A stretch of 57,816 nt of DNA, the filler included, from Circinaria calcarea (taxonomy: Eukaryota): the NCBI GenBank assembly GCA_051942165.1. It is 8 parts of 8 records of this genome, joined end to end, with 100 filler letters (N's around TTAATTAATTAA, not from the genome) between each part and the next. Parts side by side here need not be neighbours in the genome. Positions count along the whole stretch, not along the records: positions 43,459 to 50,592 come from JAVECS010001402.1; positions 50,693 to 57,816 come from JAVECS010001403.1; 6 more parts are not named here. The stretch is one strand, 5' to 3'. Under the pieces are notes generated by a model. It saw only the letters and a list, made by a program, of their open reading frames with translations, had not been told where the DNA came from and made no database searches. A program made the position numbers and the translations under genes. This document shows positions 46,265 through 57,816 of the stretch, piece after piece. The stretch's first letter is position 1. Every line of letters begins with the position of its first letter.

Positions 46265-48147
46265 TCAATCATCCTGTTGTTGCATATGAGTGGGAAGATT
46301 AGTAGCATCATAATCCAAGTGCACAAATGCCCTATCCACATACGGTACACTCTCCAACACGTACTGTAAGCTCTCTCCCAGATCATGGCTGTCCCTTAAC
46401 TGCATATTCTCGTCCAGCACCACGTCGACCTCAACGTTCAGCTTATCGCCAGCGTGGTAGGCCTGGAGACCTTGTATTTGTTTGATAGTCTTTGCGAAAC
46501 GCATGGTAAGGTATAGCAGTATGTTGCGCTCGTCCGCACTGGCGGCACGTCCACTTAGATTGCGGATATGTGAGGCAGATGTTCGGGCCCAGTTGATAAT
46601 TACATATAGCGAAAGGACGAGACCGCCAAGAGCATCGAGCCACCAGACCTGGGCGTAGAAGCCGACTGCAAAGGTAAACAAAAATGACTGAGTACGCCCA
46701 ACGATGTTTGAAGAGAGGTCGAATGAGGAGGGACAACTTACTCAGCGGAAATATGATACTGAATATATTGAAAACAACATCTGTCATTGCATCCTGAGCG
46801 AGTGCTTGTACGCTGGAATTCTTGATAAGGCGACACCAAAGCCAGCAGCCGAACTTGATAAGGACGGTACTTGCCATGATAGCAATGGCTGGGATACCAA
46901 GATGTACAACCGAATGGTCGCCAGAGGTGAGGCGGTTCAAACATTCTATGGTTACCTGAAAGAAAGAGGTAATCATGATAATGGAAAAGACCAGAACACC
47001 GATAGGCTCAAGACGTCGGCGGCCGATCGGGTAAGCGTATCGATCTTGACGTGCGATGAGTCGCGATGTCGTCCAGATTATCGCGGTGCTAAGAAAATCG
47101 AGGGCCGCATCAACGAGGGAAGCCAGTACAGAGAGCGAATTCGTGAGTACAATAACAACAATTTTCCCGGCGAGAAGAACAGTGTTTGCAGCGATGTTTA
47201 TGTAGATGGCTACCGTGACAATCGAGCTACTACTATCAACACCTTCGTCTTCTCCGGCTTCTATGTCTTTCAACTTTGGTCCGTCTTCATGACCTTCACC
47301 GAGTAAGGGGCTGTCTTCCTTCGGCACGTGGTAAAGGGCTTTAGGGGTTCGTTTGACCTTAGACCTTGTGGTGTGACCATTTGCAATGGTTCTATCGGTG
47401 GTCGGAGTTGAAGACCCTGTGTCATCTGCAGGGGATTGTACTTCTTCAATGGTCTGTGGGATATGCACACCATAGTCTGCAGAGTTATTATATTCCTGGA
47501 TTAGGGTATGCGGAAGGGAGGAATCCAGCAACCGATCAATGTATACATATTGTGAAATGAGAAAATTGTTTCGCTCATAGTATTTGCGTCTATTTCTCGT
47601 TAGTGAAACGGTCGTCATCTGAGAAGACAACATACATCGGTTTCTTCATTTCTTTTAGTTCTTGTTCTGACTTGTAATATTTCTCCCTGCGTCAGAGAAT
47701 AGACGTCATCCATCTGAACCAGAAGGTGGCCTTCTAAGGTATTCTTCCCCCAATCCACAGAACTCACCATTGATATCGGGGGTTGCTGTTTCCAATCAAG
47801 CGCATACTCCTCATTTGCGGTGTCATCAAAGCCTCCACCGCCATATTCAGTCTCTTTGGTCCCGACTTTGTACTCCTTGTTGGTGATCTTTCCATATCTT
47901 CCCCATTCTGGCCGTCTGTATCTTCTGGTGTATCATCATCCCTGTGTCTTTGTAGCGTAGATGGTCGCCTTTTGTGCAATTGGCCCCGCAGTTCCCCAGG
48001 ATCTGCGGTTGATCTACTCTGGATGAGAGCAGGCAGCTTCTGGCCTCGTGTCGATAACGAATCTTCGGAAAGAGGGAGGAAGTCATGGAGAACTCCAAGG
48101 CGGAAAGGTTGTTTGAGAGGAGGTGAGTTCGAATAGGGTTCAGCCAT
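46265..48147 (-). CDS. Cation diffusion facilitator, Mn-CDF/MTP-like
   Basis: SLSVLASLVDAALDFLS (DxxxD), YPIGRRRLEPIG, ALAQDAMTDV and SHDLGESLQYVLESVPYVDRAFVHLDY. Several introns. Confidence 0.92.
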
Positions 48148-48801
48148 TGTGGAGAGTCAGAGGGACTGGTATCATACAACCATCAAGCGGTAATTGCGTC
48201 CCATTGTTCTGAAAGAGTCGAGATGGTTCGCGATATATAAAGCTTCGCGGGTATCAAAGAGCGTTCATGTAGATAGATAATGTTGGATACCTAGGTTGTC
48301 GGAAGATCTCCCGCGTCAAAGCACTTGCGTAGAAAGGGGGGGGGTTATACAAGCCATGAGCACCCAAACTTAATAGTAACCCTTCAGTGATTGGGCATCC
48401 TTTAATGACTGCTATCGTTATACAGGCCCACTGTCAGCTTTTCGGTAAAAACATCTAGAAGTACGTATGTATTCGAGGAGAGAGCCATTACGGTGGTACA
48501 GATACACCCTAGACAGTATACATGGCCGCGCCCTTCTAGTGGTAATGGTTCACAAGAGGATATCAATCCACACCCTCGTCTTACGTAACTTATCTATTAT
48601 GGTTATTAGTTTCGTTATCCTAGCACATGTGAGCGACCACTCATGAGCCAAGATACGCCTGATTAGCAACCACGCTGCCTGCCTGACCTAAACCTGAAGA
48701 TCTTCCATAACAACGTTCACTCCGAGCTATGCACCTTACCGGGATGACAGACCGAGCAAAGGATGCCTCAGAACGCCAGAGAATTCAAAGAGCCGGTGGT
48801 A

Positions 48802-50551
48802 TCATTCCTGCTCCATAAACTCCACCATGACCGTTCCATTTTTTAGTCCAGCTTGTTCGATTGAGTCTTCCAGCATGTCTATCAAATTCTTCTGCATGAA
48901 TATTAATTCGAATTCTGTTCCTCCCTTTCCTTCCAGCGGAGATGCTTTCAGCCACTCATAAATCCTCCTCACAGGGTCCGTCAATGCAAATCTTCTAACA
49001 ACTCTTCCATTCCGATGTCGAAATTGGATACGAGTGCTGGCAGAATCTGATGGTGGTTCTGCATGGGTGTTTGTAGATGATATAGTCGAGAAAGGTGATT
49101 CAACCGAGTCTATCGGCATTGGATGGCCATTGGTCTGCGAAGCTTCCGAGTTAGTCATCTCTGCATCCTCCTCCTTCGATTTTCCTTTTCGGTTACCAAA
49201 GTCGCCCATACTTCGTGTAAGGTCATCAGGGTCGTCTTCCTTCGGTCCAGAGTTCCCCGCTAGACTGTTTTGCAAGGCCATCTCCATCATCTCCTCCTCG
49301 GTCATCTTTTCCACCTGTTTTTCCTTCTTTGGCTCCGCCTTCCGCCTTGCCACAGGGTTCTTAGCTGAGACGTTCAAGCTATATCGATCTAGAAACTCAT
49401 GTAGCTGCATAAGGAAGTCGGACGCCTTGGGCGCTGGGGGACCCGACCACACCTTGACCTGTTCTCCGGTTCTTGGATCAACGATTGCAATGTGAGGGTA
49501 GGCGTCTTGGCTTTCTCGTGCTTGAAAGTAGTATTGAATATACCGGTTTCCCCGAGGGTCATCCTTGGCATATTGCATGAAGATAAAGTTCTCCTTGACA
49601 GTATCTCTGATACCTTCATTACTCCAGATGTCCCGGTTCAATACCTGGCAATCAAAAATAGCCGGATCTTGTATATTGACTAGAATCCATTTCTCGTTCG
49701 CCTTCCCTTCTGCACGAGCCTCTTCCCACGATAAGCGCGACATAATGTCAAATGGAGGTCGATAAAGTGAAGCCAAGTGGTTTGATTTTGGGGACGCTTC
49801 CGATGCGCCTCCAGTTGCTTGAGCAAGTCGGACACGGTGACCCGTAGAGCTAGATCTAGAACCTGGTTCACTCCAGATATCTGTGGTTGGCTGCTGATTG
49901 AAAATACCCGCTCGACCTATGTGTGTTAGCATTCTGGAAACAATCCGGCTACTACAATAGACGATTTGACGAACCTGGGCCTCTACGGCGTGCATTTAGT
50001 TGCTCGAGGACTGCCTCGTTCCTTTCGTCTTCGTCTTCCATGTCGTAACCTGCAGGTCCGACAAGAGTCTCCCTGGTTCGAGCTATTGGAGCCCTGACAC
50101 CGGCCATGTCTACTGCACCGCTCATATCACCGCCTGCGTATAGTTCTTCTTGTAACCGTCTTGCCATAGCCTCATCATCGTCTAGCCGTGGATTCAGCTG
50201 AGGGATCGGCGGTGTACTACTGGCCGAGACGCGGTTCGCTGCCCTCTCAGCCGTACGCCTTGGTTCTATCAGTTGCGGCTCATTATCCGAATTCTCATCA
50301 TCCGAATCAATGTGCACGATGCCGCTCGCATCTTGGTATCCCCGCCTTGGAAATGCTGCTGGCGTTTGTGGTGGTGGTATGGGGGCGGCGGGTGATGTCG
50401 AGGCGGCGATTCCAAGGTCAGCTCCATCGTTGGCGAAGAAAAGTTCTATTGCTTGCTCGATATTGCCATCCGTAAGCCCGAGGTACTGTTGGGCTCTCTC
50501 GGCAGATGAGTTGGTGATGCTGATAAACTGTCCCACCGTCTCATTGTCCAT
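48802..50551 (-). CDS. UBA-UAS-UBX domain Cdc48 cofactor (Ubx5/UBXN7 family)
   Basis: N-terminal UBA-like VGQFISIT...AQQYL...NIEQAIELFF, UIM-like DDEAMARRLQEE, LASLYRPPFD, UAS domain FDCQVLNRDIW and C-terminal UBX TRIQFR...RRFALTDPV. One intron. Confidence 0.9.
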
Positions 50552-50592
50552 CTTTGACCTAACCAAGTGTTCGAGGATGGCAGTGTTCTTAT

Positions 50593-50692
50593 NNNNNNNN
50601 NNNNNNNNNNNNNNNNNNNNNNNNNNNNNNNNNNNNTTAATTAATTAANNNNNNNNNNNNNNNNNNNNNNNNNNNNNNNNNNNNNNNNNNNN
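50593..50692. other. Artificial contig spacer
   Basis: N44-TTAATTAATTAA-N44. Confidence 0.99.
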
Positions 50693-51295
50693 TGGTGAGC
50701 AAACCCTTGGTTCCCATGCTCCCTATGGTTACACAGAGCGGCATCGTAAGCAACCCGGAGTTCGGTCCCTAGTACCCCCGGTACCTAACTCCTTTTGTCC
50801 CTAGTGCATGCTATGGTGCTGGCGCCATAACACCCGTAGGCCCTGACAGGTGGTTATTTTTCAATTTATTATAATTGCGTGCGTTCCGATTCCATCGGAT
50901 GGAAAATCGCTAGCGTGTGCATTTAGTGTTAGCGCGAACTTTAAATTTGGGCGCCATTCGAGTCAAATGGGACGGACAATAGTGATAGTGTTTGCGCCGT
51001 AATATGTTTTTGTTTTTCATAAGTTTATTATGCCACCGCCGTTACGTTAATATTAAGGAGAAAGCAGTAATCGACCAGCGGCAGAGGACCAGCCCGGCGA
51101 TGTTTTCTTGCTGCAAATCGCCGATGCGATACGGAGCAGCGCAAAAAGAAAGCATCTAAAAGCAATGAAAGAATGTAACGATACCAACCCGACCTTTCCG
51201 GTCCCTTGGCAGCTTCGATACCTCAAGATAAAGCACGTCCATCGACCTCTGTACGAAAGCTCTCTCATAAAATATACCTCCTCTCTACAACTGCA

Positions 51296-52357
51296 ATGCC
51301 TGAAACCAGTAACACGAGCGGCCCACTGCCAGGCTCATGGCGAGGAGTCCTTGGATCCGAAGAATTCCCCGCCGAGAAAGATAGATACCACCTTTATGTG
51401 GGCCTTTTCTGTCCGTTTGCACACCGTGTGATTCTTATCCGCCAACTCAAGGGTCTCCAAGAGCTCCTGCCCATGAGTGTCGTGAAAGCATATCCCAAAG
51501 GCGACGAAGGCTGGCGGTTTCCCAATTCTGACTCGGAGTATCCCGGCAGTACTGTCGATCACCTCTTCAATTCGTCCTTCCTACATGAAATATACTACAG
51601 GTCGCCTCCGACATTCAAGGAATACAAGGGCAAGTTCTCCGTCCCGGTCCTCTGGGACAAGAAGACCAACCAAATCGTGAACAACGAGTCCGAAGATATC
51701 ATGCGTCAGCTCAATACCGCTTTCAACCATCTCCTCCCCGAGGGTCCTCAGCGTGCTCTCAATTTCTATCCTTCGGATCTCAGCACCGAAATCGATGAAG
51801 TCAACTCTTGGCTCGTGCCTGATTTGAATTTGGGCGTCTACAAAGCAGGCTTCGCCGCTGACCAGGAAGGTTACTCCAAGGCGTGCGCCACAGTCTTCGC
51901 GACCTTGGACAAGCTACAAGAAATACTGATAGCTCACAACCGCCCATACATCCTCAAGGATCAGATCAGCGAACTCGACCTCAAAGCATATGCTACCCTA
52001 ATCCGTTTCGACACCATCTACGTCCAGCATTTCAAGCTCAATGTTGGTATGATACGTCACAACTATCCTTATCTGCATCGCTACATCAAGAATATGTACT
52101 TCAACGTGGAGGGCGTCAGGGACACGACGGATTTCAAGCACATCAAGGAAAACTACGTCAAGAGTCATCCGGGTATCAATCCGCAGGGTATCGTCCCGGA
52201 TGGTCCGGTGCCCAACCTCGAAGCGTGGTCGGAGATGTGTGAGAAGTGGAGGGCCACCTGGGCGAACCCAGACGGAACTCTAAATGGTCAAATATACCTC
52301 TCTTATCCGGAGTGGCTTCTCGGTTTGAGGACTGGGCGCTTGAGTATCAGTAACTGA
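51296..52357 (+). CDS. Glutathionyl-hydroquinone reductase / omega-xi class GST (Ecm4/YqjG family)
   Basis: FPAEKDRYHLYVGLFCPFAHR, SVPVLWDKKTNQIVNNESEDI, GVYKAGFA, TLIRFDTIY and HIKENY...INPQGIVP. Intronless. Confidence 0.9.
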   Translation: MPETSNTSGPLPGSWRGVLGSEEFPAEKDRYHLYVGLFCPFAHRVILIRQLKGLQELLPMSVVKAYPKGDEGWRFPNSDSEYPGSTVDHLFNSSFLHEIYYRSPPTFKEYKGKFSVPVLWDKKTNQIVNNESEDIMRQLNTAFNHLLPEGPQRALNFYPSDLSTEIDEVNSWLVPDLNLGVYKAGFAADQEGYSKACATVFATLDKLQEILIAHNRPYILKDQISELDLKAYATLIRFDTIYVQHFKLNVGMIRHNYPYLHRYIKNMYFNVEGVRDTTDFKHIKENYVKSHPGINPQGIVPDGPVPNLEAWSEMCEKWRATWANPDGTLNGQIYLSYPEWLLGLRTGRLSISN

Positions 52358-53326
52358 TGACTTTTTGAGGGTGGAAAAGATGACGTACCCAAGAGCAGAG
52401 TCCGGGAGCATAGCGAGGAATAACAAAACAAACCGCAGTTGCTGCCATGTGTACTTTAGACTAGGATAGCAAGTACCAATTGGCATGGAAAAGTAGCACC
52501 GGCATCGTCAATCATGCTTTTTACAATTCCCGGAACCGGATGATTTAGTTTGACGTGAACTGGTTATGTGTAGATTCCGGTGCCTTACTTCGTGCTACTA
52601 TAATACTGCCTCTGTTGACAATGATCTGTGATGGACCATGCGAACAATGCGAACAATAGCGTATCTGTATAGGACATTCCTTCTAATTGTGGCTGTCTCA
52701 CTTGCCATTCACTCCGTCGATTGACATTCCCAACCCTCTACCCATCCGACCCACCCTGGTCATCTGAATAACTCCGACCCGGAAGTTTCTTGCCTTTGCT
52801 GTTTCCATTAATCCCACAGCCATGGACCATGCCCTCGAAGTTAGCCCATTTGCAGTACAGGTCCTCTTGCCAGCCAAGTGGGTATTTGTTTGCTGCATTA
52901 ACTGAAGAAGGGGAGCTAGATGAGAAGGGAATCTACGGGCCGAGTAAGATTAATCGTAAGGTCTGGAGGGAATCTACGAGAATTACTGGCAGTTCTTCGG
53001 GCTAGTAGAAGAGGCTTTGGGCGGAATATGAGTATGGGAAGGAAAGAACGAGAGAGTGATAAAGGAGGTGATGAAAGCCGCGGGACAACAGCACTCTTAA
53101 TGATCATGGTAAAACAAGTTTCATCACATATTTCTCTTCCATCTCAATTTTGGCCTGGGAATACCATCATATGGAGGATTCCCTGGAGGGCCTCAAGCAG
53201 GTTAACCACGCTCGTCTGACATGCTTGTACCCTCCCTAGCTAGTATCAAAAATGGCAGAAACGATCAAGATGTAATATGCTTGGGTGGTAAGCGTCCTCG
53301 CCTGCCTGGCATTGCAGCATCAACGA

Positions 53327-53707
53327 TTATTGTGTGGTCACTGTGCCTTCCGCCTCAACGTTAAGATGGTCATTGGACTCTAGGACGCCAACGCTATCGG
53401 CCGGGTAGTCGACTCTGCGTGGATTTTAGTGCAACCTACACAGCAGGATTTCAAGCTCTTACGCGAAGCCTTTGAAAAGGGTATATTCGTGCGTGATTGT
53501 TCCCCCCTTTGATTTCGCCAGCTCCTTGGCCCTGGAATGCTTTCAGCAACGACGTTAGGACGAGATGCTACGACTCTAAGCGTACGTGTCAAGCTCTTTG
53601 GCGGCAGCGCCGTCTTTCAATGTAACCTGAGAGCACAACGTGGGTCAGCGTAGCCTTGCAGGGTGAGATCTTTAGATGGGGGTGCAACATACCATGTATG
53701 AGGGCAT
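53327..53707 (-). CDS. Small peptidase inhibitor I9 (subtilisin-propeptide-like), about 72 aa, 4 exons
   Basis: Spliced MPSYM / VTLKDGAAAKELDT / AKELAKSKGGTITHEYTLFKGFA / VDYPADSVGVLESNDHLNVEAEGTVTTQ*, with I9 signatures YxVxLK, GGxIxHxY and KGF. Confidence 0.85.
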
Positions 53708-54140
53708 CTTCACTGGCGGTTGTTTCCCTGAGGATTCGGTACAAAGCTTTGGCGGTGAGGAAATAACTCGAGTACGGTTCTGGTAGATGGGTTGTATTCT
53801 CCCTCTCCTTCTTATGAGGGAGTAATCCGGCGGCGCCTATATCTTAGGGCTCGGGCCATGCCCCACCACGATAAGCCAATCTCTACCCCTCCATCCCTCG
53901 TTTGGTGCCCCTCGACGATGACGATGACGTGCAGAGACCCTGAGAAGCACGCACCACCAGCTTTACATGTGCAGGCTCAGGAGCGCTAGTGAGGCTAGTA
54001 AAAGCTAGTAACAGCTAGCAAAAGAAGAGCTAGCGCTAAGATCGATGTCCAAAAAGTTCGCGCCCAATCTTTGGAGGAAGTGGAGGTGGTGCAACGACAA
54101 AGCCCTTCCTTACTGACCTGCCCCGGGTTCGACACCCGAT

Positions 54141-57100
54141 ATGGAGGATCAGACCAATCGAGCTCATCGCAAGACGAAAGAGAAGAAAAAGCATTCCGGG
54201 GGTTGGTTCACTCTATAATCGTCGGTACTTGTTGCATTAACAACGGCTAGGACCCAATCCCAAAGCCTTTGCCTATGCCAATCCCGGACGGTTGCAAAAG
54301 CAAGCAGTCCGCTCTCACGATGTATGTCAGGTCTCCTGCCAATTCCCATCTCGATGCTGATGGCGCTCTAGGTCAAAGAAAAGAGGCTCCATGTCCCACT
54401 GGTGGACCGCCTGCCCGAGGAGGCGCCCCCCATAATCGTTGCCGTCGTTGGGCCCCCGGGTGTGAGTTTGAATATAACGATTACCAAGCTAGTCTAACGC
54501 TCAAACAGGTTGGCAAAACCACCCTCGTCAAATCCCTTGTGAAGCGATACACTAAACATTCCCTCACTTCTCCCAGCGGCCCTCTTACGGTCGTCACCTC
54601 CAAGCGGCGTCGCCTGACCTTTATAGAATGCCCGGCCGAATCCTTAGCGAGCATGATTGACGTCTCGAAGATTGCGGACATAGTCTTACTCATGATCGAT
54701 GGAAATTACGGCTTCGAGATGGAAACAATGGAATTCCTAAATGTCCTCTCTGCCAGCGGTATGCCCGGGAACGTGTTCGGGATACTGACCCACCTAGATC
54801 TCTTCCGCAAACCCAGTACACTCCGCGATGCTAAGAAGCGATTGAAACATAGATTCTGGGGCGAGTTATACCAAGGCGCAAAACTATTCTACCTGTCGGG
54901 GGTCATCAATGGGCGTTACCCAGATCGTGAAATCCATAATCTGTCAAGGTTTATTTCGGTCATGAAAAACCCCAGGCCTTTGATATGGAGGAATTCCCAT
55001 CCCTACTGCTTGGCCGATCGATTTCTGGATCTTACCCCACCTACAGCGGTAGAGGAGAATCCGAAATGCGATCGAAGTATCGCCCTATACGGTTATCTGA
55101 GAGGCACAAATTTTCCTGCAGATGGCGCCAGAGTTCATATTCCCGGGGTCGGTGACTTAGGTGTATCTTTGATAGAGGCCCTTCCAGACCCTTGCCCGAC
55201 ACCTTTGATGGATCAAGCAATTGCCAAAGCATCCGGAAAGAGTGGACGGCGCAGGTTGGGTGAGAAACAGAAGTTGTTATTCGCGCCCATGTCAGATGTA
55301 GGCGGTGTTCTCGTCGATAAGGATGCCGTATACATCGATGTTAAGACTAACAACTTTGATAAAGATGCCGAGAACAGCGAAGAGCAGGGCCTCGGTGAGC
55401 AACTAGTGATAGAACTGCAGGGCGGTCGACGATTACTTGGAGAAGTCGATAATGGAGTGAGGCTTTTCTCCGGTGGGGACTCGGTGGTCGCAGAGGATGG
55501 ACATCCAACTGGAGCCGATACAGGGCGGAAATCAGCACGCGCTGCCCGGAAAATGGAGAGAGAAGACCGTGATGAGGACAGTTTTGAGGACGAGGATGAA
55601 GGATTTGTCAGTGGTGAAGAAGGAGATGGCATGGGCTACATCGAAGCGGGCGACGTTGCGGAAGATCAGCTTGGCCGGTCTTTCAGACTTCCAACAGACG
55701 AGGATCACCCAGACAACGAAGTAGAATTTGCGGATAGTGATTCGGACATTGGATCCCTCTCAAGTGTCGATGACCAAGAGCTTGACAGTGGTCTCAGTGA
55801 AGATGAAGACAATGACGATTCTGGGGTCGAAGATGATGTAAATGATGATCTCGGCGCACTACGGTGGAAAGAAAACCTAGAAGCGAATGCAAATAAAATG
55901 CATGCTACTCAACGTCAATATCGAACGTCCGACCTTGCGAGGATGATGTATGATGAAACATTGACGCCCGCGGAAGTGGTTGGAAGGTGGCGAGGCAATA
56001 TAGGTTCCAATTCAAAAGGTGCGGCCAATTCTGTTGCTCATCGAGATGTTAACGACGAAGAGGACGATATGTTCTTTCGCAAAACAAACGATAACGCCGA
56101 GGTTGATACGCTCGAGGACCGGAGTGTTCCATTACATGATTATCAAGTTCTAGTATACAAGTGGAGCAACCCGGAGAACCTTGAAAATCTTCGAAAGCGT
56201 TTCGCAAGTGCAAACCTTTCCAGGGAAGCTCGTTTCCAACTTGGGAACGAAAATGGGTCTGTGGATGATGAGGACGATGCTGAAGATGATGAAGGTGACG
56301 GGGAATTTCAGGACCTAGAGGCAGCCGACACGAATGGAGACGTGACATCAAATGCTACACTGGCTAGGGACGAGGCAACTCTGGTTGAAGCGGAACGCGA
56401 AAAGAACGCACGAAAAAAGGAAGAACTCAAGCTTCGCTTTGAAGAGGAAGACCGGGAGGGTTTTGGGAACGACAAGTCAAATGAACGTGGCAACGCAACG
56501 AGAGGAAAAGAAGAGCAGTTTGGCGAAGATGACTGGTACGATGCGCAGAAAGCTCAGATGCAAAAGCAGCTCGCAATTAACCGTGGAGAATTTGAATCGC
56601 TGGACGACCAATCTCGCGTACGGGTGGAAGGGTACAAAGCTGGTACATATGCCCGCATCGTGCTAGACAAGGTACCTTACGAGTTTGCTGCTAGTTTCAA
56701 CCCACGGTTCCCCATCGTTGTCGGTGGTCTAGCACCGACTGAGGAGCGCTTCGGCTTCGTTCAAGTCCGTATCAAGCGACATCGATGGCACAAGAAGATA
56801 CTCAAAACCAACGATCCTCTTATCTTCTCCTTAGGGTGGCGAAGATTCCAAACCATGCCGGTCTATAGTATTTCGGACTCGAGAACGCGAAATCGAATGC
56901 TCAAATACACTCCAGAGCATATGCATTGCTTTGGTACATTCTATGGCCCCTTGATAGCTCCTAATACGGGGTTTTGCTGCGTTCAGTCCTTCTCCAATAA
57001 GAATCCAGGCTTTCGAATCGCCGCTACGGGCGTAGTGCTCAACGTCGACGAGAATACTGAAATTGTGAAGAAGTTGAAGCTTACAGGTCATCCCTATAAG

Positions 57101-57816
57101 ATTTTTCGGAATACAGCGTTCATCAAGGATATGTTCAGTACAGCATTGGAGATTGCTAAATTCGAAGGGGCCAGCATTCGCACCATTTCCGGTATTCGTG
57201 GCCAGATCAAAAGAGCCCTCAGCAAACCAGAAGGCCATTACAGAGCCACTTTTGAGGACAAGATTCTGATGAGTGACATTATCTTTCTTCGAGCATGGTA
57301 TCCCGTCAAGCCGCATCGATTCTACAACCCGGTGACAAACCTACTTGATGCTGCCGAGGCAGACAAGACCGATGAAGGCTGGAAAGGAATGAGACTGACC
57401 GGAGAAGTCAGAGCTGCTGAAGGCCTCCCCACACCCCAACAGAAGAACTCCGCATACCGACCCATAGAGCGCCCTACCCGACACTTCAATCCGCTTCGGG
57501 TACCCCGTCAACTTGCCGCAGACCTACCGTTCAAATCCCAAATTGCGCAAATGAAGCCGCAGCGGAATAGCACTTATATGCAAAAGCGAGCAGTGGTGTT
57601 AGGAGGGGAAGAGAAGCGGGCGCGAGACCTTATGCAAAAGATCACAACCTTAAGGAACGAAAAAGTGGAAAAGCGGAGGCTGGCCCAAGAAGAGAGGAAG
57701 AGAGGGTATAAAAAAAGGGTGGCCGAGAATGAAGAAAAGAGAGGGGAGAGGGAGAAGCGAGAACGGGATGAGTACTGGCGGCGAGAGGGTAAGAAGCGAA
57801 AGGGGCAGGGGGAAGG
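54141..57816 (+). CDS. BMS1: Ribosome biogenesis GTPase Bms1 (last codons beyond window)
   Basis: [30 protein letters not shown]-loop [54 protein letters not shown] and [10 protein letters not shown]. Three 5' introns; no stop before window end. Confidence 0.96.

Noticed and set aside
22421..52357. Apparent detox/sulfur gene cluster (GST-like, Egt2-like, TauD, GHR, aldolase)
   Set aside because: The genes lie on different, unlinked contigs; co-occurrence in the window is an artefact.
52790..53219. Possible small or decayed gene with duplicated AGGGAATCTACG
   Set aside because: I could not build a consistent spliced frame or recognise a family.

Overview
Eukaryotic DNA from a filamentous ascomycete (Pezizomycotina-type genes with short GT-AG introns). 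The window is not one locus. It is eight ~7.1-kb contigs (7154, 7146, 7143, 7143, 7137, 7135, 7134 and 7124 bp, i.e. size-sorted) joined by artificial 100-bp N44-TTAATTAATTAA-N44 spacers, so adjacency across spacers means nothing. Most content is ordinary genes: GNAT acetyltransferase, LSM8, AA5 copper-radical oxidase, Fyv7-like protein, DUF4210/ATOS-like protein, MCM3, ERG6, SLT11, PDB1, class II aldolase, GST-like protein, MSS116/CYT-19, Egt2/LolT-like PLP enzyme, OB-fold protein, ACBP, CDF transporter, UBX protein, glutathionyl-hydroquinone reductase, I9 protease inhibitor and BMS1. The standout is an apparently intact 5.5-kb element at 36656-42162 encoding a convergent Academ/DUF6589-type DDE transposase and a RecQ-type helicase (AcademH-like). 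Three things about it are unusual: each end is a self-complementary hairpin with covarying stems rather than a simple TIR; there is no 9-10 bp TSD; and a private motif (TTCTGTATG/CATACAGAA, often as the palindrome CATACAGAA-N-TTCTGTATG) occurs 11 times inside it. It appears to have split a TauD-family dioxygenase gene. Also present are a 647-bp PIF/Harbinger (Tourist-like) MITE with a TTA TSD, a decayed ankyrin/HeLo-like gene, and a triplicated ~140-165 bp unit upstream of an orphan C2HC zinc-finger gene. All family assignments come from motif recognition by eye; no searches were run.
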